A DNA stretch of 62,234 nucleotides from a virus (Duplodnaviria > Caudoviricetes). The stretch's first letter is position 1. Every line of letters starts with the position of its first letter. Below are positions 1 through 10,256 of this stretch, piece by piece. The notes beneath the pieces are model-generated. The model was not told the origin of the DNA and ran no database searches. It was given only the letters and a program-made list of their open reading frames with translations. Location of the stretch: positions 1 through 62,234 of IMG/VR virus record IMGVR_UViG_3300020044_009834, one strand, 5' to 3'. A program made the translations under genes and the position numbers.

Positions 1-2
1 TT

Positions 3-1019
3 ATTAGATATGCAATAGTAAGTGTTTTCAATAATAATAATATTTCAAATAATTTTGAAGATAATTCAATTAGCAATAATTTTGAATTTAATACAATAGA
101 TTTTCATTTTGGTTCAAATGTTATAGCAAATGGATTTAACCATAACTTTATAGGAATTGATTTTTACCAAAATGGTATAGGAATTGATTTTTCAAATAAT
201 TTTATTGGCAATTCTTTCTTAAACAATTCTGTTATAGGTGCTAATTTCCAAGTAAATACTATTGGAAATACTTTTGCTAATAATGGTCCTATAGGTGCTA
301 ATTTCCAAGTAAATACTATAAATGATGGATTTTCAGGAAATATTAGTATAGGAACCGATTTTCAATATAATGTTATTGAGGCAGCATTTCAAAACAATGC
401 AATTGGAAATAGTTTTACAAATAATAATATTGGAAATAATTTTAAAGATAACTCACCTGTAGGAAATAACTTCCAATATAATACTATTAAAGACAACTTT
501 AATAATAATGTATCAATTGGTAATCAATTCCAATATAATGATATAGGAACTGATTTTAAAAATAACACAATAGCAAATAAATTTGGACAAAATGATGACT
601 CATGGGGTCGTGGAAATATAATTGGTAATTACTTTCAAAATAATACTACATTAGGATTTTTTGTTAGTAATGTAATTGGAAATTTTTGTGGAGGCAATCC
701 TGAAGAAGGTGCTTTACCTAATATTTTTGGCGATGGGGCTTCAAGTAATAATATTGGAAATTATTTTAGTTCAAATATTATAGGTTCAAGTTTTATTTTT
801 AATAATATTGGAAATGTTTTTGTTGGATGTACTATAAATAATTCATTTGTTCAGAATAATATAGATTCATCTTTCTATATACAAAATATAGATTTTTCAT
901 CTGCTACTCTAGTATACCAAGGTTTTACTAAAAATATAACTATAAATAGTGCAAACGTAGTTGTTCTTACTTACTTAAATGCAAGTAGTGTATTTACTGT
1001 TACAACTCCTACAGCATAA
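3..1019 (+). CDS. 5'-truncated Asn-rich beta-solenoid repeat protein (N-x-I-G-N-x-F repeats), probable tail/receptor-binding accessory protein
   Basis: Not in the ORF track. Frame 3 is open from base 3 to TAA 1017-1019, with ~9-aa repeats (NTIGNTFAN, NAIGNSFTN, NNIGNNFKD). The stop overlaps the next ATG (TAATG). Confidence 0.8.
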   Translation: MRYAIVSVFNNNNISNNFEDNSISNNFEFNTIDFHFGSNVIANGFNHNFIGIDFYQNGIGIDFSNNFIGNSFLNNSVIGANFQVNTIGNTFANNGPIGANFQVNTINDGFSGNISIGTDFQYNVIEAAFQNNAIGNSFTNNNIGNNFKDNSPVGNNFQYNTIKDNFNNNVSIGNQFQYNDIGTDFKNNTIANKFGQNDDSWGRGNIIGNYFQNNTTLGFFVSNVIGNFCGGNPEEGALPNIFGDGASSNNIGNYFSSNIIGSSFIFNNIGNVFVGCTINNSFVQNNIDSSFYIQNIDFSSATLVYQGFTKNITINSANVVVLTYLNASSVFTVTTPTA

Positions 1020-1246
1020 TGGACATAAGAAAAATATCAATTGGACCGGATTACAAGAGTGGTGCTATGCACTACATCGTTGGGCAAAAAGTGCTTGGCG
1101 ATAGTAATGAAATCCATTTGATAAAAAGAGACAAAGGAACTTTGTCAATATTAATTTACATAATAAACAAAAAAGAAGAGGTGGTACTTTGGAAAGAATT
1201 CACCTCTACAATACCTATTTCAATCGAATTTAATATAAATTACTAA
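1019..1246 (+). CDS. hypothetical phage protein
   Basis: 75-aa ORF translationally coupled to both neighbours. Confidence 0.75.
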   Translation: MDIRKISIGPDYKSGAMHYIVGQKVLGDSNEIHLIKRDKGTLSILIYIINKKEEVVLWKEFTSTIPISIEFNINY

Positions 1247-1809
1247 TGCGTTCACCATTCTATTTCATTGTCAAGCCAATGAAAGGCAGAAGGTACGACA
1301 ACACAAAAGAGGTATCAGGAGTAGAACTAATAACTAGTACATCTGAAGAAGACCACATGGCTTCTAATAGGTTTGCTGAAGTTATAGAGACACCATTGGG
1401 TTACAATGGTCCTATTTCTATTTCAGATATATTACTTGTCCACCACAATGCCTTTAAATTTTATAACGATGTCAAGGGAAGACAGAAAAGCGGAAAAAGC
1501 TTTTTTAAAGACGACCTATTTTTCATCGAAGCAGACCAATTTTATATGTACTACAGCAATAATTGTTGGAATGCATATGATAAGTTCTGTTTTGTCAAGC
1601 CAATCCCGGCTACTGAAAGCTATATCAAAAAACCATTCTCTGAGGAACCATTAATGGGAATCATGAGATATCCTAACAAGTACTTATTGAGCCAAGGTGT
1701 AAAAGAGGGAGACCTAGTATGTTTTCTTCCTGATACAGAGTATCAATTTACAGTAGAAGATGAGAAACTTTACAGGATGTATGAACACCAAATCACAATA
1801 AAGTTATGA
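1246..1809 (+). CDS. tandem GroES-like (double co-chaperonin domain) protein
   Basis: Two GroES-pattern halves: FIVKP...ISDILLVHHN and FCFVKPI...GVKEGDLVCF...EYQFTVEDEKLYRMYEHQI. Confidence 0.6.
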   Translation: MRSPFYFIVKPMKGRRYDNTKEVSGVELITSTSEEDHMASNRFAEVIETPLGYNGPISISDILLVHHNAFKFYNDVKGRQKSGKSFFKDDLFFIEADQFYMYYSNNCWNAYDKFCFVKPIPATESYIKKPFSEEPLMGIMRYPNKYLLSQGVKEGDLVCFLPDTEYQFTVEDEKLYRMYEHQITIKL

Positions 1810-2093
1810 GCAGTAGAGACACTAAACTTAGAATAATAAAAGCAGGGCATAAAGCTGTTGAAGAATTAATAAAAGTTGCAGAAGAATCTATTCTTAAACA
1901 TAATGATGATGGGGATGACTTAGCTGCTGATAAGTTAAAGAATGCTGCCATGACTAAAAAGCTTGCTATATTTGATGCTTTTGAGATTCTTAGTAGAATT
2001 GAATTAGAAACAGAAAACATTGAAGCAATTGGTAGAGGTGTAACAGTAACAGATACAAAACAAGGGTTTGCAGAACGAAGGTCTAAAAAATAA
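1806..2093 (+). CDS. putative terminase small subunit
   Basis: Short helical protein directly upstream of TerL; call is positional. Confidence 0.5.
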   Translation: MSSRDTKLRIIKAGHKAVEELIKVAEESILKHNDDGDDLAADKLKNAAMTKKLAIFDAFEILSRIELETENIEAIGRGVTVTDTKQGFAERRSKK

Positions 2094-4320
2094 AGAATTA
2101 TATAGAGTTATAAAAAATTATATACCTACTGCTGTTTTGTCCTCAAAAAACAAAGCAAGGTCTTGGCTATATGGGTATAATGAAAAATATGATTGTGTTA
2201 TAATATCTAAAACCGGAGAAATTGGAGATGTAATTAATATTGCAGGTTTAAATATAGCCCTTCCTAAAACTCCTGATGAGTGTCTACAAAGACACAATTC
2301 CAAAACTGAACAGTATTGGGATAGGCAAGAACTACCAAAAGAATTATCAAAGATATCATCTATATTTCAATGGAATGATAAACCTGCTCAGTTTAAAAAC
2401 CAATGGGTTGAATATATTGAAAAAGAGTTTGATAGTAGAGAACAGGGTTTATGGTTCATGAACAATGGAGTTCCTACTTACATAACAGGTTCCCATTATA
2501 TGTATTTACAATGGGCAAGTATAGATGTTGGATATCCTGATTTTCGTGAAGCAAACAGAATATTTTTTATTTATTGGGAAGCTTGTAGAGCAGACCCTAG
2601 GTGTTTTGGTTTAAGTTATTTAAAAATTCGTAGGTCGGGATTTTCTTTTATGTGTTCTTCGGAATGTGTTAATATTGGTACACTTGCTCGTGATTCTCGT
2701 GTAGGTATACTATCAAAAACAGGTTCGGATGCAAAAAAAATGTTTACAGACAAGGTTGTTCCTATTAATAGTAGACTTCCATTTTTCTTTAAACCTATTA
2801 TGGATGGTATGGATAAACCTAAAACAGAATTAGCTTTTAGGGTGCCGGCATCTAAGATTACCAAAAAAAATATGTATGAAATAGATAACAATGCCATTGA
2901 TGGTCTTGATACATCTATAGATTGGAAAAATACAGAAGATAACTCTTATGATGGGGAAAAACTAGTATTGCTAGCCCATGATGAAAGTGGTAAATGGACT
3001 AAACCTAATAATATTAAAGAAAATTGGAGGATAACTAAAACTTGTCTTAGATTAGGTTCTAAGATTATTGGTAAGTGTATGATGGGTTCTACTTCTAATG
3101 CATTAAGCAAAGGTGGTCAAAACTTCAAAGATTTATATGAAGACTCTAATGTTCTAAATAGAAATGCAAATGGTCAGACTAAAAGTGGTATGTATTCTTT
3201 ATTTATTCCTATGGAATGGAATATGGAAGGATTTATTGATATCTATGGAATGCCTGTATTTAATAAGCCTGAATCTCCTATCAGAGGAGTTGATGGTGGA
3301 ACTATTACTAATGGTGCTATAGATTATTGGCAAAATGAGGTTGACTCTCTTAAAAATGATGCAGATGCATTAAATGAATTTTACAGACAGTTTCCAAGGA
3401 CAGAATCTCATGCTTTTAGAGATGAGAGCAAGGAATCTTTATTTAACCTTACTAAAATATACCAACAGATTGACTACAATGATTCTTTAATTAAAGGTCA
3501 ATATATTACAAGAGGTTCATTTCATTGGAAAGATGGTCAAAAAGATACAACGGTTATATGGACACCTGATAGTAGAGGAAGATTTAATGTAAGTTGGACA
3601 CCAAATAAAAGTCTTCAGAATAATGTGCATATAAGGAATGGAGTAAAGTATGCCGGTAATGAACACTTAGGGTCGTTTGGATGTGACTCTTATGATATAT
3701 CAGCAGTTGTTGGAGGAAGAGGGTCAAATGGGTCTCTTCATGGAATGACTAAGTTCCATATGGATGAGGCTCCTATAAATGAGTTTTTTTTAGAATATAT
3801 AGCAAGACCACAAACCGCTGAGATTTTTTTTGAAGAAGTTTTGATGGCTTGTGTATTTTTTGGAATGCCAATACTGATAGAAAATAATAAACCAAGATTA
3901 CTTTACCATTTTAAAAATAGAGGATATAGAGGATTTTGTTTAAACAGACCTGATAAGCAATATAATAAATTATCAAAAACAGAAAGAGAACTTGGAGGAA
4001 TTCCAAACTCTTCAGAAGATATAAAACAGGCACACGCATCAGCGATTGAATCTTATATAGAAAGATTTGTGGGCATGGATTTAACTTCTACTTATAGAAG
4101 TAGCGAGGATATGGGAACAATGCCATTTACTAGAACATTAGAAGATTGGGCAAAGTTTGATATAAATGATAGAACAAAGTTTGATGCTTCAATTAGTTCA
4201 GGACTAGCAATTATGGCTAATCAAAAACATTTGTATGTACCTGAAAAAAAAGAATCAAAAATAAGTATTAACTTTGCTCGGTACAGCAATCATGGCAATT
4301 CAAGCGAACTAATTAGATGA
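2068..4320 (+). CDS. terL: terminase large subunit
   Basis: KIRRSGFS Walker A-like, LLAHDESGK Walker B, MGST motif III, nuclease GCDSYD, IENNKP and C-terminal FDASIS. The TTG start is uncertain. Confidence 0.92.
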   Translation: MQNEGLKNKELYRVIKNYIPTAVLSSKNKARSWLYGYNEKYDCVIISKTGEIGDVINIAGLNIALPKTPDECLQRHNSKTEQYWDRQELPKELSKISSIFQWNDKPAQFKNQWVEYIEKEFDSREQGLWFMNNGVPTYITGSHYMYLQWASIDVGYPDFREANRIFFIYWEACRADPRCFGLSYLKIRRSGFSFMCSSECVNIGTLARDSRVGILSKTGSDAKKMFTDKVVPINSRLPFFFKPIMDGMDKPKTELAFRVPASKITKKNMYEIDNNAIDGLDTSIDWKNTEDNSYDGEKLVLLAHDESGKWTKPNNIKENWRITKTCLRLGSKIIGKCMMGSTSNALSKGGQNFKDLYEDSNVLNRNANGQTKSGMYSLFIPMEWNMEGFIDIYGMPVFNKPESPIRGVDGGTITNGAIDYWQNEVDSLKNDADALNEFYRQFPRTESHAFRDESKESLFNLTKIYQQIDYNDSLIKGQYITRGSFHWKDGQKDTTVIWTPDSRGRFNVSWTPNKSLQNNVHIRNGVKYAGNEHLGSFGCDSYDISAVVGGRGSNGSLHGMTKFHMDEAPINEFFLEYIARPQTAEIFFEEVLMACVFFGMPILIENNKPRLLYHFKNRGYRGFCLNRPDKQYNKLSKTERELGGIPNSSEDIKQAHASAIESYIERFVGMDLTSTYRSSEDMGTMPFTRTLEDWAKFDINDRTKFDASISSGLAIMANQKHLYVPEKKESKISINFARYSNHGNSSELIR
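2280..2295. promoter_or_regulatory. GTGTC-N6-GACAC palindrome (inside terL)
   Basis: GTGTC TACAAA GACAC. Confidence 0.7.
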
Positions 4321-6752
4321 AGAATATAGAAATAGATATAACCGCTACTGTTTTTCCAAGTCAGTTAACAACTGATGCAGAAAAAGCAACCAAAGAATAT
4401 GGGGCGCAGATAGGAAAGGCTATTCAATATGAATGGTTTAGAAAGGATGGAAACTCATGCAGATATTATAGTCAATGGAGAGAATTCCATAGACTTAGAT
4501 TATATGCAAGAGGGGAGCAATCTGTTGCAAAATATAAAAATGAGTTGGCAATAGATGGTGATTTATCATATTTAAACATTGATTGGACTCCGGTTCCAAT
4601 TCTTCCCAAGTTTGTTGATATTGTTGTGAATGGAATGTCTGATAGACTATTTAAGGTTAAAGCATTTGCAGAAGATGCAATGTCACAATCTAAAAGAAAT
4701 AAATATCAAGACACTATAGAAGCGCAAATGGCAGGAAAAGATGTTCTTAGTAAAGTTCAAGAACTAACAGGCGCAAATCCATTTATGATGGACCCTGAAG
4801 AATTACCAAGTAATGATGAAGAGTTGTCATTATATATGCAACTTAATTATAAACCGGCAATTGAAATCGCAGAAGAAGAAGCAATTAACACCGTATTCGA
4901 TGCTAATAAATACGATGATATTCGTAAGAGACTTGATTATGACAGTACTGTATTAGGAATATCTATAGCAAAACATGAGTTTTTACCGGGTACAGGAGTT
5001 AAGGTATCCTATGTTGACCCTGCCAATGTTGTTTATAGTTACACGGAAGACCCATTCTTTAAGGACTGTTTCTATTGGGGAGAAATCAAAACTGTTGCAA
5101 TGACAGAGTTAATGAAAATTGACCCAAGACTAACACCTGAAGACTTACAAGAAATTGCTCAACATAGTCAAGGATGGTACGATTACTACAATGTAAGACA
5201 GTTCTATTCTAATAGTATGTTTGCAAGAGATACAGCCACGTTATTGTACTTCAATTATAAAACTACAAAGAAGGTAGTGTATAAGAAGAAAATACTTGAT
5301 AATGGCGGTACTCGAATAATTCAAAAGGATGACACCTTTAATCCACCACAAGAGATGATGGATGAAGGTAACTTTGAAAAAATAGAGAAAACCATTGATG
5401 TATGGTACGAAGGTATCATGGTTATGGGAACTAATATGTTAATAAAGTGGGAATTATCTGAAAATATGGTACGACCTAAATCAGCATCTCAGTACGCATT
5501 ACCTAACTACGTTGCGTGTGCGCCTCGTATGTACAAGGGAGCCGTAGAGTCGTTGGTTAGAAGGATGATACCTTTTGTAGATTTGATTCAGATTACTCAT
5601 TTAAAGTTACAGCAGGTTATAAACCGTGTTGTACCTGATGGTGTATTTATTGATGCAGATGGTTTAAATGAGGTTGATTTAGGAACAGGTGCAGCTTACA
5701 ATCCTGAAGATGCTTTAAGATTATACTTCCAAACAGGTAGTGTAATTGGTAGAAGTTATACAGGAGATGGTGAGTTTAACAACGCAAGAATTCCAATTAC
5801 TCAGTTGACATCAAACTCAGGAGTAGCTAAAACACAAATGTTACTTACAAATTATAACCATTATATGGATATGATTCGCTCAGTAACAGGACTAAATGAA
5901 GCTAGAGATGGTTCAACACCTGACCCTAACTCATTAGTTGGTGTGCAAAAATTAGCAGCATTAAATTCAAATACAGCTACTAGACATATACTTGAATCAG
6001 GTTTATACATATATAGGTCATTGGCAGAAGCCATTACTTATAGAGTTGCTGATATATTAGAATACTCAGATTTTAGAGAAGAGTTTACTAATCAAATTGG
6101 TAAGTATAATGTATCTATATTAAACGACATATCTGATTTATATATATATGACTTTGGTATATTTATAGAACTTGCACCTGATGAAGAGCAAAGAGCGCAA
6201 CTTGAAGCTAATGTACAAATGGCATTATCTAAAGGAGATATAAATTTAGAAGATGCTATTGATATCCGTGAGTTGAGAAACTTAAAGCTTGCTAACCAAC
6301 TTTTAAAAATGAAGAGGGTTAAGAAACAAGAAAAGCAACAACAAATAGATATGCAGAAGCAGCAACAAATTAATGATGGCAATCTTCAATCTCAGCAAAT
6401 GGCAGCACAAACTGCAATGGCTAAGATACAAGCAGAAACTCAATCAAAAATTCAAATTAGACAAGCAGATGCATCTTTAAGTATACAAATGTTAGAAAAA
6501 GAAGCAGAAATGAAATCTCAGTTAATGGCTGAAGAGTTTAATTACAATATGCAATTACATGGTATGGAGGTAGGAAATTTAGACCAAAGAGACCAAAAGA
6601 AAGAAGATAATAAAGCTAAAAGAATTAGTCAACAGAATACAGAGATGTCAAAGTTAATAAATCAAAGGAAAAATAACTTACCACCTGTGAATTTTGAGTC
6701 AAATGAAGATAGTTTAGATGGGTTTGATTTAGGTGAATTTGAGCCACGATAA
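4317..6752 (+). CDS. portal protein
   Basis: 811 aa directly after TerL; PKFVDIVVNG and TGLNEARDG motifs; Gln-rich coiled-coil C-terminus. Confidence 0.85.
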   Translation: MKNIEIDITATVFPSQLTTDAEKATKEYGAQIGKAIQYEWFRKDGNSCRYYSQWREFHRLRLYARGEQSVAKYKNELAIDGDLSYLNIDWTPVPILPKFVDIVVNGMSDRLFKVKAFAEDAMSQSKRNKYQDTIEAQMAGKDVLSKVQELTGANPFMMDPEELPSNDEELSLYMQLNYKPAIEIAEEEAINTVFDANKYDDIRKRLDYDSTVLGISIAKHEFLPGTGVKVSYVDPANVVYSYTEDPFFKDCFYWGEIKTVAMTELMKIDPRLTPEDLQEIAQHSQGWYDYYNVRQFYSNSMFARDTATLLYFNYKTTKKVVYKKKILDNGGTRIIQKDDTFNPPQEMMDEGNFEKIEKTIDVWYEGIMVMGTNMLIKWELSENMVRPKSASQYALPNYVACAPRMYKGAVESLVRRMIPFVDLIQITHLKLQQVINRVVPDGVFIDADGLNEVDLGTGAAYNPEDALRLYFQTGSVIGRSYTGDGEFNNARIPITQLTSNSGVAKTQMLLTNYNHYMDMIRSVTGLNEARDGSTPDPNSLVGVQKLAALNSNTATRHILESGLYIYRSLAEAITYRVADILEYSDFREEFTNQIGKYNVSILNDISDLYIYDFGIFIELAPDEEQRAQLEANVQMALSKGDINLEDAIDIRELRNLKLANQLLKMKRVKKQEKQQQIDMQKQQQINDGNLQSQQMAAQTAMAKIQAETQSKIQIRQADASLSIQMLEKEAEMKSQLMAEEFNYNMQLHGMEVGNLDQRDQKKEDNKAKRISQQNTEMSKLINQRKNNLPPVNFESNEDSLDGFDLGEFEPR

Positions 6753-6772
6753 AATATATCAAAAAAAATATA

Positions 6773-6780
6773 TAGATTTG
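6773..6780 (+). promoter_or_regulatory. Bacteroidetes sigma -7 box
   Basis: TAGATTTG, intergenic, upstream of the scaffold/capsid genes. Confidence 0.65.
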
Positions 6781-6801
6781 TAAAAAATTAAATCAAATAA
6801 A

Positions 6802-7884
6802 ATGCAATTTACATCAGTTAAAGCCCTAGATGGCGACAATCAAAAATCTATTCAGGAAGTAGAACAAGTATTACTTGAGAGACACGAACAGGAATTAGAA
6901 GGTACTAACGTAGAACCAATTATTGAAGAGGAGATAATCCCTGATTTAATTGAGTTGAAAGAGAAAGATATTATTTCCTATATTGGAAAGCGTTATAATA
7001 AGCAAATCAATTCAGTTGATGAGTTGATTAGAGAAAGAGAAGAAACAGAACCGATGCCGGAAGATGTTGCTTCTTATATGAAATATAAAAAGGAGACAGG
7101 AAGAGGTTTCGAAGACTTTATCAAGTTGAAAAAGGATTTTGATACTATGGAACCTGATACTCTTCTTAAAGAATATTTGACATCTACACAAGAAGGTTTA
7201 GATGCAGAGGATATAGATTCTTTAATGGATGACTACAGATACGATGAAGATTTGGATGATGAGTCACACATAAAAAGAGTAAAAATATCAAAGAAAAAAG
7301 CTATTGCGGAAGCGAAGAAATTTTTTGAAAATCAAAAAGCGCAGTATAAAATGCCCCTTGAGTCAAGCACGGCACAACTGAGTAAAGATGAACAACAAGA
7401 ATTTGACTCGTATAAGCAATACATAAAAGGTGCTAAGACAGTACAAGAGGAGAATAATCGCAAAAGTCAATGGTTTGCCCAAAAGACTGAAGAGGTTTTT
7501 AGTAATGAGTTCAAAGGTTTTGAGTTTAATATTAATAACAAGAAAATGCTATTTACTCCCGGAGAAGCTGCTGAACTTAAAAAAAATCACTCAACTCCAC
7601 AGAACTTTATTAATAAGTTTTTGGATGAGAATGGTTTAATGAAAGATGCAGCAGGTTATCACAAGTCTTTGGCAATGGCAATGAATCCTGATAGGTTTGC
7701 TAAGTTCTTCTATGAACAAGGCATGGCTGATGCAACTGAAGGAACTATGAAAAGCATTAAAAATATAAATATGTCTGAACGTAGAGTACCTGAGTCATCA
7801 GATTTCAAGGATGGAATGCAGGTGAAAGCGATAAACCCCGATTCAGGTTCAAAACTGAAAATTCGCAGCGTAAAACGTCTTTAA
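6802..7884 (+). CDS. putative capsid scaffolding protein
   Basis: Acidic, helical protein between portal and capsid. Confidence 0.55.
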   Translation: MQFTSVKALDGDNQKSIQEVEQVLLERHEQELEGTNVEPIIEEEIIPDLIELKEKDIISYIGKRYNKQINSVDELIREREETEPMPEDVASYMKYKKETGRGFEDFIKLKKDFDTMEPDTLLKEYLTSTQEGLDAEDIDSLMDDYRYDEDLDDESHIKRVKISKKKAIAEAKKFFENQKAQYKMPLESSTAQLSKDEQQEFDSYKQYIKGAKTVQEENNRKSQWFAQKTEEVFSNEFKGFEFNINNKKMLFTPGEAAELKKNHSTPQNFINKFLDENGLMKDAAGYHKSLAMAMNPDRFAKFFYEQGMADATEGTMKSIKNINMSERRVPESSDFKDGMQVKAINPDSGSKLKIRSVKRL

Positions 7885-7924
7885 AATTTAAAAACTAAAA
7901 AACTAAAAAAAATAATTAAAAAAA

Positions 7925-9358
7925 ATGGCATCAGCATTATTATCAAATCCTACCTTCGCCTTACAACCATCGGCACAAAAGGTAGCGATATCAACAAATT
8001 ACATTACAAATTTTGATTTCTTAAATCAGTACTTACCTGATACTTATGAAAAAGAATTTGAACGCTATGGTAACCGTACCATTGCATCGTTCCTTCGTAT
8101 GGTAGGAGCAGAAATGCCTTCTAACTCTGACCAAATTAAATGGGCAGAACAAGGTCGTTTACACATTAAATACATTAATGTAACTTCAGGAGCAGCATTA
8201 GGTTCTAGTAGTGCTACATTTACAGTAGCAGATACAGGAGTTACTTCTATTGCAATTAGAGTAGGTCAAACTGTAATGATTCAAAACAATGCTTCAGGTG
8301 TTTACAATAAAGGAATTGTAACAGCAACAGGAACATTAACTTTTACTGTATCTTTTTATGAAGCAGCAGGACAATCTTTTGCAATAAGTACTGTTTGTAC
8401 AGTATTCATTTATGGTTCTGAATTTAAAAAAGGAACTAACGGAATGATTGGTTCATTAGAGTCAGAAGATGTATTCTATGACAACAAGCCTATTATCATC
8501 AAAGATAAATACGCAGTAAACGGTTCTGACATGGCTCAAATCGGTTGGGTAGAAATCACTACTGAGAATGGTGCTACAGGTTACTTATGGTACTTAAAAT
8601 CAGAACACGAAACTCGTTTACGTTTTGAAGATTACTTAGAAACAGCTATGATTGAAGCAGTTCCTGCTGAAACAGGTTCAGGAGCATCTACTGTATTTGG
8701 TGGTACAGGACAAGGTGGTTCAGAAGGTGTATTCTATGTAGTAAATTTAAGAGGTAACGTATGGGGTGGTGGAACTCCAACTACTTTATCTGATTGGGAT
8801 ACTATTGTTTCTCGTTTAGATAAGCAAGGTGCTATCGAAGAAAACGTAGTATTTGTTAACCGTAATTTCAGTTTTGAAATTGACAATATGTTAGCTACAT
8901 TATCAGGTTTAAATGGAACTACAGGTACAGCTGCAAATGCTGCATCTTTCGGTTTGTTTGACAATGATATGACTATGGCTTTAAATTTAGGTTTCACAGG
9001 ATTCCGTAGAGGTTATGATTTCTACAAATCTGATTGGAAATATTTAAATGACCCTACAATGCGTGGTGGTTTAAGCCAAACTGCTGCAACAGCAACAGGT
9101 ACTATTACAGGTTTAATGGTTCCTGCCGGTTCAACTTCAGTTTATGACCAAATCATGGGCAAGAATGCTAAGAGACCATTCTTACACGTTAGATATCGTG
9201 CTTCAGAAGCTGAAGACCGTAGATATAAAACTTGGATTACAGGTTCTGCCGGTGGCGCACAAACTAGCGATTTAGATGCAATGGAGGTTAACTTCTTATC
9301 TGAGCGTTGTGTTTGTACTTTAGGTGCTAACAACTTTGTATTATTCCGTTTTGGATAG
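7925..9358 (+). CDS. major capsid protein
   Basis: 477 aa; strong high-expression codon bias (CGT, GGT); position after scaffold; followed by a terminator. Confidence 0.85.
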   Translation: MASALLSNPTFALQPSAQKVAISTNYITNFDFLNQYLPDTYEKEFERYGNRTIASFLRMVGAEMPSNSDQIKWAEQGRLHIKYINVTSGAALGSSSATFTVADTGVTSIAIRVGQTVMIQNNASGVYNKGIVTATGTLTFTVSFYEAAGQSFAISTVCTVFIYGSEFKKGTNGMIGSLESEDVFYDNKPIIIKDKYAVNGSDMAQIGWVEITTENGATGYLWYLKSEHETRLRFEDYLETAMIEAVPAETGSGASTVFGGTGQGGSEGVFYVVNLRGNVWGGGTPTTLSDWDTIVSRLDKQGAIEENVVFVNRNFSFEIDNMLATLSGLNGTTGTAANAASFGLFDNDMTMALNLGFTGFRRGYDFYKSDWKYLNDPTMRGGLSQTAATATGTITGLMVPAGSTSVYDQIMGKNAKRPFLHVRYRASEAEDRRYKTWITGSAGGAQTSDLDAMEVNFLSERCVCTLGANNFVLFRFG

Positions 9359-9373
9359 TCAATAAATATAATT

Positions 9374-9406
9374 AGAAGAGTGTCTTCAATGACACTCTTC
9401 TTTTTT
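9374..9406 (+). terminator. intrinsic terminator built around a GTGTC-N6-GACAC palindrome (9380-9395)
   Basis: AGAAGAGTGTC TTCAAT GACACTCTTCT followed by a T run. Confidence 0.85.
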
Positions 9407-9434
9407 CTTAAATCAAATTAAATTAAATAAATAA

Positions 9435-10181
9435 ATGGCAAAAAATGCAGTAATAGCTTTAGACAAGGTCTATAAGTTAAAAAGAGGAACACCATTATCA
9501 TATGTGTTAGCCTCAAGAAATCACCAAAGTTTTCCTTTGATGTTTTATGATGAAGAAAAAAATTTAAACCGTGCATTAAGATACTCGGTTAATCAAAAGT
9601 CTCCGTTTGAAGATGAACAAGATGGCAATGCTATTCTTGAACCAATTGTTTTCTACGATGGTTTTTTAAGTGTTCCAAGAACAAATCCTGTCTTACAAGC
9701 TTTCTTGCATTATCATCCATTAAATGGAATTATTTTTGCAGAAATTGACAAAGAAAAAGATGCAAGTCACGAAGTTAATGACTTAATTTTAGAAGTAGAT
9801 GCAATGGTTGAAGCAAAACAATTAACTATTGAACAGATAGAAACTCTAACAAGGGTTATGTTTGGCAAAGACCCATCAATTATTTCTACAGCAGAATTAA
9901 AAAGAGATATTTTAATATTTGCTAGAAATTATCCTAAAGACTTTTTAAATATATTGAATGACCCGGATTTAAAATTCCAATCAAGGGTTAGATTATTTTT
10001 TGAAAACAAATTTATTGTTTTTAGAAATTCAGATAAAGAGGTGTGGTTTAATACAGCAGCTAATAAAAAGAAGATGTTATCAATACCATTTGGAGAAGAC
10101 CCTTATGATACAGTAGCGCACTTTTTAAAGAGTGATGAAGGTTTAGATGCTTTCAAGATGCTAGAAACATTACTAGGATAG
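9435..10181 (+). CDS. hypothetical morphogenesis-module protein
   Basis: 248-aa ORF after the capsid gene. Confidence 0.7.
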   Translation: MAKNAVIALDKVYKLKRGTPLSYVLASRNHQSFPLMFYDEEKNLNRALRYSVNQKSPFEDEQDGNAILEPIVFYDGFLSVPRTNPVLQAFLHYHPLNGIIFAEIDKEKDASHEVNDLILEVDAMVEAKQLTIEQIETLTRVMFGKDPSIISTAELKRDILIFARNYPKDFLNILNDPDLKFQSRVRLFFENKFIVFRNSDKEVWFNTAANKKKMLSIPFGEDPYDTVAHFLKSDEGLDAFKMLETLLG

Positions 10182-10199
10182 ACCACTTAATATTTATTG

Positions 10200-10231
10200 A
10201 AAAGGTTCTCATTATTGGGAACCTTTTTTTT
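10200..10231 (+). terminator. intrinsic terminator
   Basis: AAAAGGTTCTCA TTAT TGGGAACCTTTT followed by a T run. Confidence 0.8.
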
Positions 10232-10232
10232 G

Positions 10233-10240
10233 TATATTTG
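10233..10240 (+). promoter_or_regulatory. Bacteroidetes -7 box
   Basis: TATATTTG just after the terminator, before the tail genes. Confidence 0.65.
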
Positions 10241-10256
10241 TAAAAATATTAACTAG

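Noticed and set aside
2273-2300. CTGATGA followed by a hairpin in terL, as a possible third hammerhead
   Set aside because: The hairpin is the palindrome and is followed by AATT, not GAAA; no stem I or III.
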